Below, one piece after another: positions 30,524-45,169 of a stretch of 64,000 bases of DNA. The position numbers and the translations under genes were made by a program. The first letter of the stretch is position 1. Every line of letters starts with the position of its first letter. The notes beneath the pieces were generated by a model that saw only the letters and a list, made by a program, of their open reading frames with translations, made no database searches and was not told where the DNA came from. The stretch is from Eledone cirrhosa (lineage: Eukaryota), in NCBI GenBank assembly GCA_964016885.1, contig OZ024740.1, forward strand, positions 387,996,001-388,060,000. The letters run 5' to 3'.

Positions 30524-31096
30524 ATTCAGTTTCACTGTCGTTAATAATGAGGATTTCTTCTATTTCATATCAATTTTTCTTCATTTATGTTTGTCTTGCT
30601 CTAACATACATTATTGTATTGTTTCTCTTAACCTGAAGTGTCAACCATGTGTTGCATTGTGTCTCGTAAGATATTTTGCATTCTCTCACTCTCCCAATAT
30701 CTTTCTATCCCATTAATGATAATTTATCATTGTTTCTTTGCCTAGTTTTCTTTCATTTGGCCAACATATTTCATATAATTTCCTTCATAATAACGAAGAG
30801 CAGTTATACTCTTCTTTTTGTTTCTTGCACACATTCAGACACACACATATTCATATATTATTTAGAAAATGTTTATGCCACTATCAGTTTCTTAGAAAGT
30901 TTGAAGAACAATTGTCTGCGTGGTAATTGCAGTAGTTTTCCTTTGACAAAAATTGTTTTCCTCGTATTTTAATTTTCCTCAATTCTTCTATTTAATCACC
31001 ATCCCCTGTATCTGTTTTCTTTTCAGTTTTGTTTATTGAGATTTCTACTAAATACTGGACATATGTTGCTGCAGACTTGAAAATCACCCTGTTTAA

Positions 31097-31372
31097 TGTT
31101 CTTCTGGATTTATAATTTCACAAATTTTTGCCAATAGAGAGAGAGAGTCGGTTTCTAACATAGTTACAAGACTCTCTCATTGGAATTTACACAACATATA
31201 ACTAAGTAGATATGTATGCATGTCTGCATGCATGCATGTGTAGATATGGATGTTATTGTATGTGCGGATGAGTATGCTTTGTATCTGTACATCTGTATAT
31301 AAGCAGTTATTAGATGCAGAAGTTTTGGAATGTTTTACATATTTTTACTGTCCCATTAATGGATGTACTTGT
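31097..31372 (-). mobile_element. R4/Dong (CATA family) 3' end
   Basis: Matches 31877-32175. Confidence 0.85.
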
Positions 31373-31394
31373 ATATATGTATGTATGTATATAT

Positions 31395-31876
31395 GTGTGT
31401 GTGTATTTATGTAGGAAGGGGGAGGAACTCAGAAGAGTTAACGAGCATCCAATAGAGTTTTTATTTTGTTGAGCGACAGACACCTAGTCTTCATTAAGAC
31501 ATCGCTCTAGGAGAAGGTCACTCTGATATAAAACCTGCGGCTTCGTTTGTATCTAATGATGTAGAGCAGTTCTTCTTTTTGGGTAAATGCATTCGATGTT
31601 CAGAGAGTGGGATTTGCCCCATGTAAAACATTTCCTCACTTAAAAAAGCTTCAAGCATGGGAATCTCTTGATATGTGACATTCTTTTTACGATGCAAGGT
31701 ATTGCTGGCCATAGGCAAGTCCCTAGCAGGACTAAAAAGCCACGTCCATGATGCTCATGCTTAAGTATCAAGCGATGGCATTACTCGAAATCGAGTTGCA
31801 GCCATCATGTATGTATGTATGTATGTATGTATGTATGTATGTATGTATGTATGTATGTATGTATGTATGTATGTAT
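31395..31876 (+). mobile_element. RTE-derived non-autonomous element with (ATGT)n tail
   Basis: ctaggagaaggtcactctgatataaaacc motif; 3' end tggcattactcgaaatcgagttgcagccatc; homologous to 54665-54958. Confidence 0.65.
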
Positions 31877-34187
31877 GTTTGTTCTTCTGGTTTTATAATT
31901 TCACAAAGTTTTACCAATAGAGAGAGAGAGTCGGTTTCTAACATAGACACAAAACTCTCTCATTGGAATTTACACAACATCAACTAGGTAGATATGTATG
32001 TATGCATGCATGTGTAGATATGGATGTTATTGTATGTGTGGATGTGTATGTTTTGAGTTGTATGTGTGCATGTGTATATGCTTTGCATCTGTACATGTGT
32101 ATGTGCAGTTATTAGATGCAACATTTTTGGAATGTTTTACATATTTTTACTGTTCCATTAATGGATTGTACTTGTAATTTCCTAACTAGTTGTGTTCTTT
32201 CTGTTCCTGTGAAGCCTAGCTTCTCAATATTTGTATTGAGGCAGTTACTAACATATCCCAGTGCCCAAATAATTACAGGCATAAATCTGAAGGTGTAATC
32301 AGGGTGGAGTATCTGCAGATTTCTCATCAGTTCTGCATAAATATTCTCCTTTGCTTTGATATTATATTGGCATCTGTTGGGCAGCTAATTTCCACTACTG
32401 TGCATGATTTTTTCTCCCTGTCCTGTATCATAATATCTGGTCTGTTATGCCAGCATTTTATTGGGATTTTACTGGAACATTCCACCAGTACTCTTTCATA
32501 TTATGTACATGGATGTCTTCCACATTGCTGTAGCTTTTAATGTGTTTATTATCGGGGCTATCTTTTTTACGGATAGGTAGATAGTACCGCGATGACATCT
32601 TTGGACAGCTGCTGATGACATGGATGATATCTTCGATGTTAGTTCTGCAGAGTCTGCACTTGTTATCACATCTATGTGTTTTGCCTACATCCCTATCTCG
32701 TTTGTGAATCAGGTATTTCGTGTTAATTTCCTGTTCTTGGATTGCAAAAGCGTATCCTTCAAAGTGGGAGCCAATATAGCCGTTGTTGGTCCAAGATAGA
32801 CTACTTTCCTTATCTATATTACTCTCATTCTGGAGCTTCCTGGCAACATATCCATGCATGATTTTTTGCTGATAAGCATGCAGTTTTTCATCCATGGATT
32901 CACTGCGATACTGCTGAGCGACTTCCCTGGGTGTGAGTTTTTGATTATCACACAGGGAATATCTCACGAGGAGTTCCTTCCCAACTCTCTTGATCTTATC
33001 TGTTTCATGCAGATATACTTGCTCGAGCGACGGGCTCCTACACTTCGAGGTTCGTAGATGTTGTCGGAGAGATATGATGCGACATTCAAATGTTGTCTGG
33101 ACTGATGTTAGGCCTCTGCCTCCCTGATTACGTTTCAAGTAAAGGGGGTCTATGTCACTGTTGATGTGGAAGTTTCTGGTGTTGTTTAGTATTTTTCGAG
33201 TTCCAACATTAACTGCTCGGATTTCGTCTATCGTCTAATTGAGTATTCCAAAGGTTGGTGTTAGGACAGGCATAGAAAACACATTGTGAGCCACTGTTTT
33301 GTTTTGCGCAGAGAGTTCCGATGACCTTATCTTTCTTAATCGGGTGTAGTATTCCCTGGTTACGCGTTCCTTATTACAGATACCATTATAGGATATGTTC
33401 TCACATATCCCCAGGTATCTGTAGCAGTCCTCATCAGATATCGGTGAAACAGTTAGGCCATTGATGACAATGTTGCTAGATTGAGTTGTTGTTTTTCCCC
33501 GCTTTACAGTCATGTATGAGCATTTATCTTGGCCAAACTCCTTTGAGAATGTTGTAAGCAGGTCAAGATTTTTCTTCATCCCATCCATGTTCTTGGCATA
33601 GAGTTTCAGAGCATCCACAAAGAAATTATGGGTTAGGTTCGTATTTCTGTCCTCCTGTGATCCAATGATGTATCCTTCACATTTCTTGAGCAGAAAGGAC
33701 AAGGGGTTTAATGATAAGATGAATAATATCACAGAGAGACTGTCCCCCTGAAATATAACCCTGCAATATTTTATTTTATCAGTGAAAATAGAATCCTCCC
33801 TCTCTGTCTTTAACCTTAGGATAGTAGCCCAAGAAGAAGACAGCCTCTCTATGGCTCTGACAATAATGTCTGGGACTTTAGCAAGTTGGAGGGCCTCTAT
33901 CATCCAAGAGTGGGGAACAGGATCGAAAGCTTTCCTGTAGTCTAGCCAGACTGTAGCCATATTTCTCCTAAGTTGTCGCACCTCCGACATCGCAGTTTTG
34001 TTGATTAGGAGTTGTTCAGCACATCCCCAAACCCCTTTCTTTCCAGCTGCTTGTTCATCTGTGATGATGTTATTATTTTCACAGTGATCTTGGAGGAATA
34101 GGTTCAGGCAGGCTGTATACATCTTATACATCAGGTTCTGACATGCAATGGGTCGGTAGTTTTTTACCAAGTGCGTTCTTGGGGACG
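31877..34187 (-). mobile_element. R4/Dong-clade LINE, 5'-truncated (RT + CCHC + RLE)
   Basis: NYRPIAC, WLDYRKAFDPVPH, FQGDSLS, FFVD(A)LKLY, YLGI, AIQEQEI, CRLC..EDIIHVISSC; (ATGT)n at both ends. Confidence 0.93.
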
Positions 34188-34220
34188 ATGTATGTATGTA
34201 TATATGTACGTATGTATGTA

Positions 34221-34645
34221 CGTATGTATGTAGGGCGGAAGAACACATAAGAGTCAACGGCCATCCAAAAGTGTGTAAATATGTATATATACATGTACAT
34301 ATGTATGTATATGCGCGGGCACATAGAAATAGTCGGGCTGGACACACGATCGCGCGGTTAAAGCACTGGGAGTGAAGGACCCCTAGCCTTTGTCAGGGCA
34401 TTCTTCTAGGAGAAAGCAACTCAGGAAACTGGGGTAACTCCGACATAAAACCTGCGGCTCAGTAGTTACCGATGATGTTGATCTTTTCTTCTTTTCGGGG
34501 TATAGCTACTGTCGCTCAGGGAGTGGGATTGGCTCAGTGCACATTCTTTCCTCACTTTAAAAAATATCTTCACACAGGCATTGCACGATAGAATTAATTA
34601 ATAATTATTAATAATGGTATATCGTGCAATGGCCGTACTCGATAA
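34221..34645 (+). mobile_element. RTE-derived non-autonomous element
   Basis: Near-identical to 54295-54567; 3' end tggccgtactcga followed by atgtatgtatg. Confidence 0.65.
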
Positions 34646-34652
34646 TGTATGT

Positions 34653-36022
34653 ATGTTCTTCTGGTTTTTTAATTTTTACCAATAGAGAGAGGCGGTTTCT
34701 AACATTGACACAATACTCTTTCATTGGAATTTACACAACATTAACTAGGTAGATACATGGATGTTATTGTATGTGTGGATGTGTATGTTTTGAGTTGTAT
34801 GTGTACATATGCATATACTTTTAATCTGTACATGTGTACATGCAGTTATTCGATGTAGAATTTTTGGAATGTTTTACATATCTTTACTGGATTGTACTTG
34901 TAATTTCCTAACTAGTCGTGTTCTCTCTGTTTCTGTGAAGCCTAGCTTCTCAATATTTCTACTGAGACTGTTACTAACATATCCCAGTGCCTCAATAATC
35001 ACAGGTATAAATCTGAAGCTCTCGTCAGTGTGGAGTATCTGTAAATTTCTCATTAGTTCTGCATAGGTACTTTCCTTTTCACTAATCTTTAATGTTTAAT
35101 CGGCATCTGCTGGGCATCTAACCTCAGTGTTTTGCCCACTACATCATGCCTCATAGGTAGATAGTTCCGCGATGACATCTTTGGACAGCTGTTTATGACA
35201 TGGGTGATATCTTTGATATTAAATAATGCAGAGTTTGTATTTGTCACATCTAGGTGTTTTGCCTGCATCCCTATCTCTTTTGTGAATCAGGTATTTTGTG
35301 TTGATTTCCTGTTCTTGGATTGCAAAAGCATATTCTTCAAAGTGGGAGCCAATATATCGGTTGTTGGTCCAAGATAGACTACTTTGCTTATGTATAATAC
35401 TCTCATTCTGGAGCTTCCTGGCAACATATCCATGCATGAATTTTTGCTGATAAGCATGCAGTCTCTCATCCATGGATTCGCTGCGGTATTGTTAGGCAAC
35501 TTCCCTGGGTGTGAGATTTTGATTACCATGTAGGAAGTATCTTTCAATGAGTTCCTTCCAAACTCTCATGATTTTATATGGCTCATGCAGACAGAATCGC
35601 TCAATAGACGGGCTACTACGCTTCGAGGTTCGTAAATGTTGTCGGAGGGATATGATTCCACACTCAAATGCTGTCTGGACTTATGATAGGTCTCTGCCTA
35701 CCTGCTTACGTTTCAAGTAGAGGTGGTCTATGTCACTGTTTATATGGAAGTTTCCGGCGTTGCTTAGAATTTTTCGAGTTTTAATATCAATTGCTCGGAT
35801 TTCGTCTATCGCTCAATCGAGTATTCCAAACTCTGGCGTTAGGACAGGCACAACAAATACATTATGAGCCACTGTTTTATTGTGAACAGAGAGCTTCGAT
35901 GACCACTTTTTTCTTAATCGAGTGTAATATTCCCTGGTTACGCGTTCCTTATTAAAAATACCATTATAGGATATATTCTCATCTATTCCCAGGTATCTGT
36001 AGCAGTCCTCATCCGATATTGG
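34653..36022 (-). mobile_element. Second, more degenerate R4/Dong (CATA family) copy
   Basis: Homologous to 31877-33445. Confidence 0.9.
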
Positions 36023-36044
36023 CTAGACTGATATTTGTATATAG

Positions 36045-36397
<353 letters not shown>

Positions 36398-36809
36398 TGG
36401 AAGAGGAGGATGGAGGGGCTGTAAGAGATTTGAATGCATATGAGAATTCGATTTGTCGTTAGCTTAAACACTCTAATTCAAAGTAACGTGTTCATCAGTA
36501 TAGGAAATCGATGGACTGGTTCATTGTTGTAATACACTGCTATATATATTCCATTCGTCAGTTGTCGATTAAAGACGAAAGAGATATAGCATCTTATGGC
36601 ATCATTCCTTTCATCGCAATCCACCTCCATTGAAGAGTTTATCGTATATTTATACGAAAATGAAAATACATTATCCCCTTTCTCACCCGGCTCTCACAAG
36701 CATATTATTGAATGTAGCTCAACAAACATCTATCACTTTTGATATTATTTCTTTTTTCCTTTCAGGCATGAACTTGTACTTCCGGTGACACATATAGGCA
36801 TGTATACAT

Positions 36810-36868
<59 letters not shown>

Positions 36869-37066
36869 ATTATTAATGCAGCGGCGCCTCCAAGGACGTA
36901 CGTTTTGTTGCGTTGCCATCCCCCACCTGAGCCGTTGAAGTAACTGACAATATTAATTATATTAAAAGTCGCCTTACAGACTTGAATTGCAATATACCTT
37001 GCATAGCATTACTAATCTATTGCTGCAGTATATATATATATATATATGTATGTATATATATATATG

Positions 37067-37098
<32 letters not shown>

Positions 37099-37100
37099 TA

Positions 37101-37290
37101 TATAGTAATAATAATAAAATTGAAGACTAAAATCCAAAGAGGGCTCGATAAGGAAAATATATATCAAATATATAAAAACCGTAGAGCAAATATTTATTAA
37201 AATAACAGATTAAAGTTTAAGCAAAGAATCGCTGCTTTCACCCTTAACGGGATCTTCTGAAACTCAGAATCTGTTATTTTAATAAATATA
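37101..37290 (-). mobile_element. Naiad pseudo-LTR remnant with CAGAAGA hammerhead and fold-back end
   Basis: Reverse complement of 44965-45128; then switches strand to aatctgttattttaataaata. Confidence 0.88.
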
Positions 37291-37314
37291 TATATATATA
37301 TATGTATATATATA

Positions 37315-37520
37315 TCATCATCATCGTTTAACGTCCATCTTCCACGCTTGCATGGGTTTGGACGGGAATTTTCCCACTTGAGGCAGGTTTTCTACGGCTG
37401 GATGCCCTTCCTAACACCAACCACGTTTACAGTGTGGACTGGGAGGTTTTTACCGTGTTACCTACACGGCCACATTACAGCGTGGACTGTGTGTTTTTTT
37501 GTCGTGACACCTACACGATC
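37315..37520 (-). mobile_element. Second SINE family, 3' part with (GAT)n tail
   Basis: Minus strand: ggttggtgttaggaagggcatccagccgtagaaa...ggacgttaaacgatgatgatg. Confidence 0.7.
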
Positions 37521-37590
37521 TCATTTGTATATATTTATATATATGTATATATATACATATATATTACACCTCTATTCTTTTAACTATACA

Positions 37591-37629
<39 letters not shown>

Positions 37630-37630
37630 G

Positions 37631-37789
<159 letters not shown>

Positions 37790-37790
37790 G

Positions 37791-37873
<83 letters not shown>

Positions 37874-37918
37874 GTATATATATATATGTATATATATATG
37901 TATATATATGTATATAAG

Positions 37919-37951
<33 letters not shown>

Positions 37952-38065
37952 ATATTTATATGTATATATATATATATATGTATATATATATGTTTATATA
38001 TATGTATATATATATATATGTATAATATATATATATGTATGCATATATATATACGTATATATACT

Positions 38066-38119
<54 letters not shown>

Positions 38120-38244
38120 AGTATATATACGTATATATATATATACTTATATACATATATATATACATATATATACATATATATATACGTATATATACGT
38201 ATATATATATATACTTATATACATATATATACATATATATATAA

Positions 38245-38337
<93 letters not shown>

Positions 38338-38365
38338 GAGAGAGAAAGAGAGAGAACAGAGAGGG

Positions 38366-38485
38366 TGTGGTAAGATGTCAGGTAGACCATAACGCACCAG
38401 AGAACTCAATACTTAGTGTAGTAGAGTGGGTAATAGGAAAAGAGTCACGATCCCGACGGCTGAGCTCCAGCCGTTCCAACAGCTA
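38366..38485 (-). mobile_element. Family C pseudo-LTR end, degenerate
   Basis: Homologous to 29140-29260. Confidence 0.75.
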
Positions 38486-38899
38486 TATATATATATATAT
38501 ACACACACACGTGTGTGTGTCTGTATTTGTGTGTTTCCAATTATTCAAACTTACAAACACTCATATATTCTATCTTACCATCCTCCTTCCGGGTAGATTA
38601 TGGAAATTAGCACTTTCATTTTGTCTGTGTGCTATACATATAATGAAATAGTTTAGATTCCAATTACATGTCATTAATCTCCATTATGGATGTTTAAGCA
38701 AAAGTAAAATTCTCATACCTAAACTACAAATGATGAAATGTTGAACACCTACCGTGTAAAATCATTTTTACTATAGAGATTATGCATTAATTATATCAAT
38801 TCAGATGGTTTAATGGATATTATATTTGAAATCAATCATCAAAGAAGCTTTGATGATTTCAAATATATTAAATGATTTGTAACATTTTTATTCAAACAT

Positions 38900-39520
38900 T
38901 TCTCTTCTTCTTCTTCTACTTCTTCTTCTTGGGAGACTTATACGACCAGAGTCTTCAAACACACGTTCCAGGGTGTCCTGTGAGAAGCAACTGTATTCAA
39001 TTAATTCGGCTGGATCTCCACTTGAGACCAGCGAAGCTCAATTTGTTATCCAACCATCTTGCTCCGGGAACTGCCACAGGGTCTTTTTTCCGTTTTCTTT
39101 CTTATTATTTAAAATTTTTTTTCCCCTTAATACCTGTCCAGCGATTCTTTCTGTACACATTCTGACCCCATGTCCGTAGTATCGGAGCTGAAATCTCTCT
39201 ATTCGGCGAAATACCAGCTCTAGCTGGAGTGACTCCATAATCTCCAGGCTATCCACTCCATCGAATAATATTCCTCCAAAGACCATTCGGGGGAACCCAA
39301 TTTCGGTCACCTGTATTCATAATCATATTGTTTCGGTTATTACCGAAACAATATGATAAGTATTGAAGGTAGTGAATTTGGTTTCTTCTGATCACCGAAT
39401 GCTGAACATGTGCTTGTCGGAGATCACCTCCCGATAAGTTAAGTAGTACCATGTCGTCTGCGAATACCAGCTGACTGATCCTACACCCACTAGTTTTCAT
39501 ACCACTTCCAACACATTATA
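38900..39520 (-). mobile_element. Degenerate RTE-like LINE fragment with (GAA)n tail
   Basis: ISQLVFADDMVLL; QLRYYGHGVRM..ERIA. Confidence 0.8.
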
Positions 39521-39780
39521 TTTCCATGAAGATGCATCTTTAAATGCATGATTATAGCATGGTATACTTATAATCTGCAAACTGCGAACTAAATATATTA
39601 TTCGACTAAAATTCAGGATTCTACTATTAACTGAAATCTATTGATGTTTTAAATCGTTCGTTAACTTATAGAAAGAAAAAACCCCGATAATACCATTAAC
39701 ACAGCACAGAAAGCCTTTGAAGGTGTAAAGAAGTAATTGTAGTTGAGAAAATTCCATTAAAATTCTGGTGTAAAATTAAT

Positions 39781-39972
39781 ATAATTGTTTCTACTTTTAG
39801 CACAAGGCCAGCAATTACCCAGTACATTACTGGTACTTTATTTTATCGACCCCGTAAGGATGAAAGGCAAAGTTAACCTCGGCGGGATTTGAACTCAGAA
39901 TGGCAAGGGCAGTAACTCTATGCGTCAAAGCATGGCGTCCAACTCTCTACCGATACTGTCAATTCACCGCCC
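39781..39972 (-). mobile_element. tRNA-derived SINE with TSD (tggtgtaaaattaatata)
   Basis: Family sequence with duplicated flank. Confidence 0.92.
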
Positions 39973-41034
39973 TTGGTGTAAAATGGTGTAAAATTAATAT
40001 AGCTCTCGTAAAACATAATTCTAAACGGAATAACAAAATTCTAAAACAAATATGTACAAGTGTAAAATAGAGCTACGCAAAGGAAATCCAGTTAGGAGAT
40101 ATATTGATGTATTGAAATATAATTTTACAAGCTGAAAACTGGGAATTTTTACAATTGGGAGAAGTATACTCTTTTAGATTGCATGTAATCACTATATCAT
40201 AATGTGCTGAATAGGTTACTCTTAAATAAATATATATATTAGATAAATGCAAGAAATTTATAATAAACGATCGATTAATATAATATAATTTAGAGCTGTA
40301 TGAACAACTACAAATTACCGTCGCCGCGCATGAAAAGGAAGAAATATACAGAACAAAGTAAACAAGTACACGAACAAACAAATGGAATGGAATAAATAGC
40401 GCTAAGTAGTGAAAAAATTGCTACAAGGCTTAATGATAAAATTAAATATGTCACCATCTAGGTTAAGAGATTTGGGGATTGGCGACTTACACACATCAGA
40501 AATAAAGCAACAAACGTCGCTAGAAGATTTTCAGTTATATATGGATGTAAAAGTAATAGAACTTGGGAGAAAGTGATTCATTTTCGATATTAAAAGAGCA
40601 TAGTTAGAAGACAATATTTCATAGAAACAATTTTGAAATAACACACTAGCACACCGAATATTAAAAAACATAAACATCAAATTATTTTGTATATGTGTAT
40701 ATGGGTAGATGACTTTCTCATATATTGATAAAGACACATGTCCTTTGGAACAAGCCTGCAGCACCAACAACATACGAAGACGAAATAATATCCACAAATA
40801 AGAATGATGTAATCCAATACCAAATAATATTTAGTAATGACCGATTTTCTATTCAATCTAAAATATGCAAATCAGACAACGTCTCGAAAAAATAACAGTC
40901 TGTCAGCAATCACATATTCTAAGCAGATAAGATACGAGTAGGAAGGGGTTAAAAGGAAAATACGGACTATACACAAATGAGACTCGGATCCTGATTATGT
41001 ATAAAGAAAATACTACTATAATAGAATCGCTGCA

Positions 41035-41137
41035 ACGTTGCAACGTTTTTCGAAATATTTACTTCTGCGTTCACAGATTGATTTGTTTAGTTTCAGAAGA
41101 TCCCGTTAAGGGTGAAAGCAGCGATTAATTGCTTAAA
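41035..41137 (+). mobile_element. Naiad pseudo-LTR fragment with CAGAAGA hammerhead, ending 3 nt after the predicted cleavage site
   Basis: Matches 48178-48277, then (TA)n. Confidence 0.85.
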
Positions 41138-41147
41138 TATATATATA

Positions 41148-42024
<877 letters not shown>

Positions 42025-42249
42025 GGGGAGGTGCTGGAACGTTCCTGGCTTAATCGCTGTTACAGAGTTATGGCTGGAGGCCCAACCTTCCGAGTTCTTT
42101 TTATCGGGCTTAGAAAAACTGAAGGACCGTTGTAATGTGGGTTACAAGAGGGTAATATGTTGAATAAAATCATAATTAACCTTTCCTCCTGTATTTTCTG
42201 TACGCCCAAAAGCATGAACACTCCTTTATATATATATATGTATATATAT

Positions 42250-42260
42250 ATTAGAAAGTG

Positions 42261-42296
<36 letters not shown>

Positions 42297-42426
42297 ATGA
42301 AAAATAACCGAGGTGTCCTACACGAGTGAAAGTATAAAGAAAAAGAGATGAAATCGAAAATACAACTGGAGTCTTATTTTTTTTAAAAATAAGACTCCAC
42401 TTGCATTTTCGATTTCATCTCTTTTT

Positions 42427-42433
<7 letters not shown>
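42250..42433. repeat. Family B remnant folded into a 100-bp palindrome (42333-42433)
   Basis: tataaagaaaaagagatgaaatcgaaaa...ttttcgatttcatctctttttctttata. Confidence 0.88.
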
Positions 42434-42475
<42 letters not shown>

Positions 42476-42606
42476 AATATCCACGGTTAGTTGTGGGGCC
42501 TAGTCTGCACGAAGAACTCAATGTAATCCATATGTTGAAAATGTTGTAGGTTAAAATAAATCACCCCGGAAAACAATAAAACATCAAAAGGAAAACAGAG
42601 TCATGA

Positions 42607-43388
42607 TATAAGTTAAAACAATGAAATAAAAATTCAAGTCATTAGAAATATACTTCACTGCTTTACGATCGTTTCTAGGTGATAATAATACATCGTACGC
42701 ATATTTCGTTATCGATCTATGTAGGGTTAGTTACAAAATATCAAATAAGGAATATATTTACCTACGTGTATATCATCAGCCGTTGTCAAAAGCAATGACA
42801 AATTTTATTCAAAATCAATAGTAAATTGAGTTCTATGACCTTATTTGGAGGTAGCTGAAGAACAAACCAATCAAATGGTATATTGCCATAAAATGTTAAG
42901 ATGAAATATAATTCACTTTAGTTTAGGTTATGACCCTTTGAAAGGAATGGTTGAATGGTGTTAAAAATAGAATTACTATAAAGAACCTATGAGGAAAAGA
43001 GATTGTTATATTGATAGTGGAATGTAGATGGTGGAGTGAAGTTTAAAAAGGAATGTAATAATTATATATTGAGTTGTGTTGTATGGAATTTTTAGGTGAA
43101 TATAAATAAGTAAATATAAAATATACAGAGATAACTAGGATAAATATAGATAGGTAAAGTAATGGTCATAACTAGGAAGGATAGTATATTAACAGATGAA
43201 AATTATAATAAGACAACGGCTGATGATATACATGTAGGTAAATATATTCCTTATTTGATATTTTGTAACTAAACCTACATAGATCGATAACGAAATATGC
43301 GTACGATGTATTATTATCACCTAGAAACGATCGTAAAGCAGTGAAGTATATTTCTAATGACTTGAATTTTTATTTCATTGTTTTAACT

Positions 43389-43392
<4 letters not shown>
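42607..43392. repeat. 181-bp inverted repeats around a 424-bp spacer; arms contain a long-stem-II hammerhead-like motif
   Basis: 42607-42787 versus 43212-43392; ACAACGG CTGATGA..ATGTAGGT..ACCTACAT..GAAATATGCGTA|CGATGT. Confidence 0.85.
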
Positions 43393-43419
<27 letters not shown>

Positions 43420-43435
43420 GATGCAATTTTTACAC

Positions 43436-43553
<118 letters not shown>

Positions 43554-43768
43554 ATATATACTTTAATGTTGAACAATAATATTGTTATCGTCATGATGAC
43601 AGAGACTGATTATTAGGTGAAGATATCTAAAATTCCCCTATCATTGTTATGTATTTATCATTTTAATGCTTTTTTCATGTTTCCTTCAACACTATATCTT
43701 TGTTATACTTAAGCTCTTTAATGTTGAGCTTTAACATAGATATTACCGTGTTTCTCTATTTATTATTT

Positions 43769-43839
<71 letters not shown>

Positions 43840-44022
43840 TATATGTACATATACAAATTTAAGGTATCATAACAAATACATATATTAGGTATAATATTTG
43901 TGCTTCTCAGTAGAAAAGCTTAAAGGATATTTGTCCAAAGCATTAATAATTCAAATTTATAGATATATGTATGTATATATATATATAGAGAGAGAGAGAC
44001 AGAGGGGCGAGAGGGAGGGAGA

Positions 44023-44105
<83 letters not shown>

Positions 44106-44590
44106 TTATATCTGATGAGAAAACAGTATTTTGTACACTTACAAAAAGCACATAATATTTAGGAAGAATACGTACTGCAAATAGAAAACAGTTCTTATTT
44201 CCTTATGTCCATTTCATGATTCAAGAATAACTATAACCTGAAAATCAATCTAAGCAATTGATCATCGATCACCAACTATCGATTTTGATTAAGTTATGGG
44301 AGACGAGAATCAATCATCAGAAGAATTACTTCAATTAAATATAGTTGTAATAAAGTATATTATACAAAATATCTGTTTTTATCTGCCAGGATTTACGAGT
44401 TACGCCAACACGATATACAGCGAGGTGTAATAACGTTTAACCCACGGCTGTAGATACAAACAAAACTGAACGTCATGTCCGCTAGAAAGAAGTGCGAAAT
44501 ATTAGTCACAGCAGCTCAACAAATAAAGAATTTGGAGATGTTATATACAAATGTAAGCTATCATAGCATATATATTATGTATGGTATTTG

Positions 44591-44686
<96 letters not shown>

Positions 44687-44732
44687 GAAATGACAGGGGG
44701 CTGGATTTGTGTAAATCCTTGAAAGGTTTATT

Positions 44733-44790
44733 ATACTATGATCATTTCAATGACCGGGTTCCGTATGAATCCGGTGATATCATCAGGTAT
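44733..44790 (-). ncRNA. Canonical type I hammerhead
   Basis: ATAC CTGATGA tatcACCGGaTTC atacg GAAcCCGGTcatt GAA ATGATCAT A|GTAT. Confidence 0.85.
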
Positions 44791-44948
44791 TCGAAATATA
44801 ATACGTGAATGTAATAGATAAAATCCATGGGGCTACAAAAACAAAGACGGTTGAACTGCTTTACGTTGAGTTCTCTCTATATTATTACATTATGATTAAC
44901 CATACGGAATAGACCAGCTTTATCAAGTGGTGAACCTCAAACCTGATT

Positions 44949-45024
44949 ACAGATTGACTTTGTTAGTTTCAGAAGATCCCGTTAAGGGTGAAAGCAGCGA
45001 TTCTTTGCTTAAACTTTAATCTGT
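44949..45024 (+). ncRNA. Extended type I hammerhead, U4A core (family D)
   Basis: ACAGATTGA ctttgtt AGTTT CAGAAGA TCCC GTTAA GGGT GAA AGCA gcgattctt TGCT T|AAACT TTAATCTGT. Confidence 0.8.
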
Positions 45025-45169
45025 TATTTTAATAAATATTTGCTCTACGGTTCTTATATATTTGATATATATTTATCCTTATCGAGCTTTCTTTGGATTT
45101 TAGTCTTCAAATTTATTATTATTACTATTTGGCTCCCTCGGTTGAGCACTCTACTGACTTATATTCATC

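Noticed and set aside
34188-34347. N-terminal extension of the 370-aa RT ORF
   Set aside because: Read-through from the truncation point into (ATGT)n and an unrelated element
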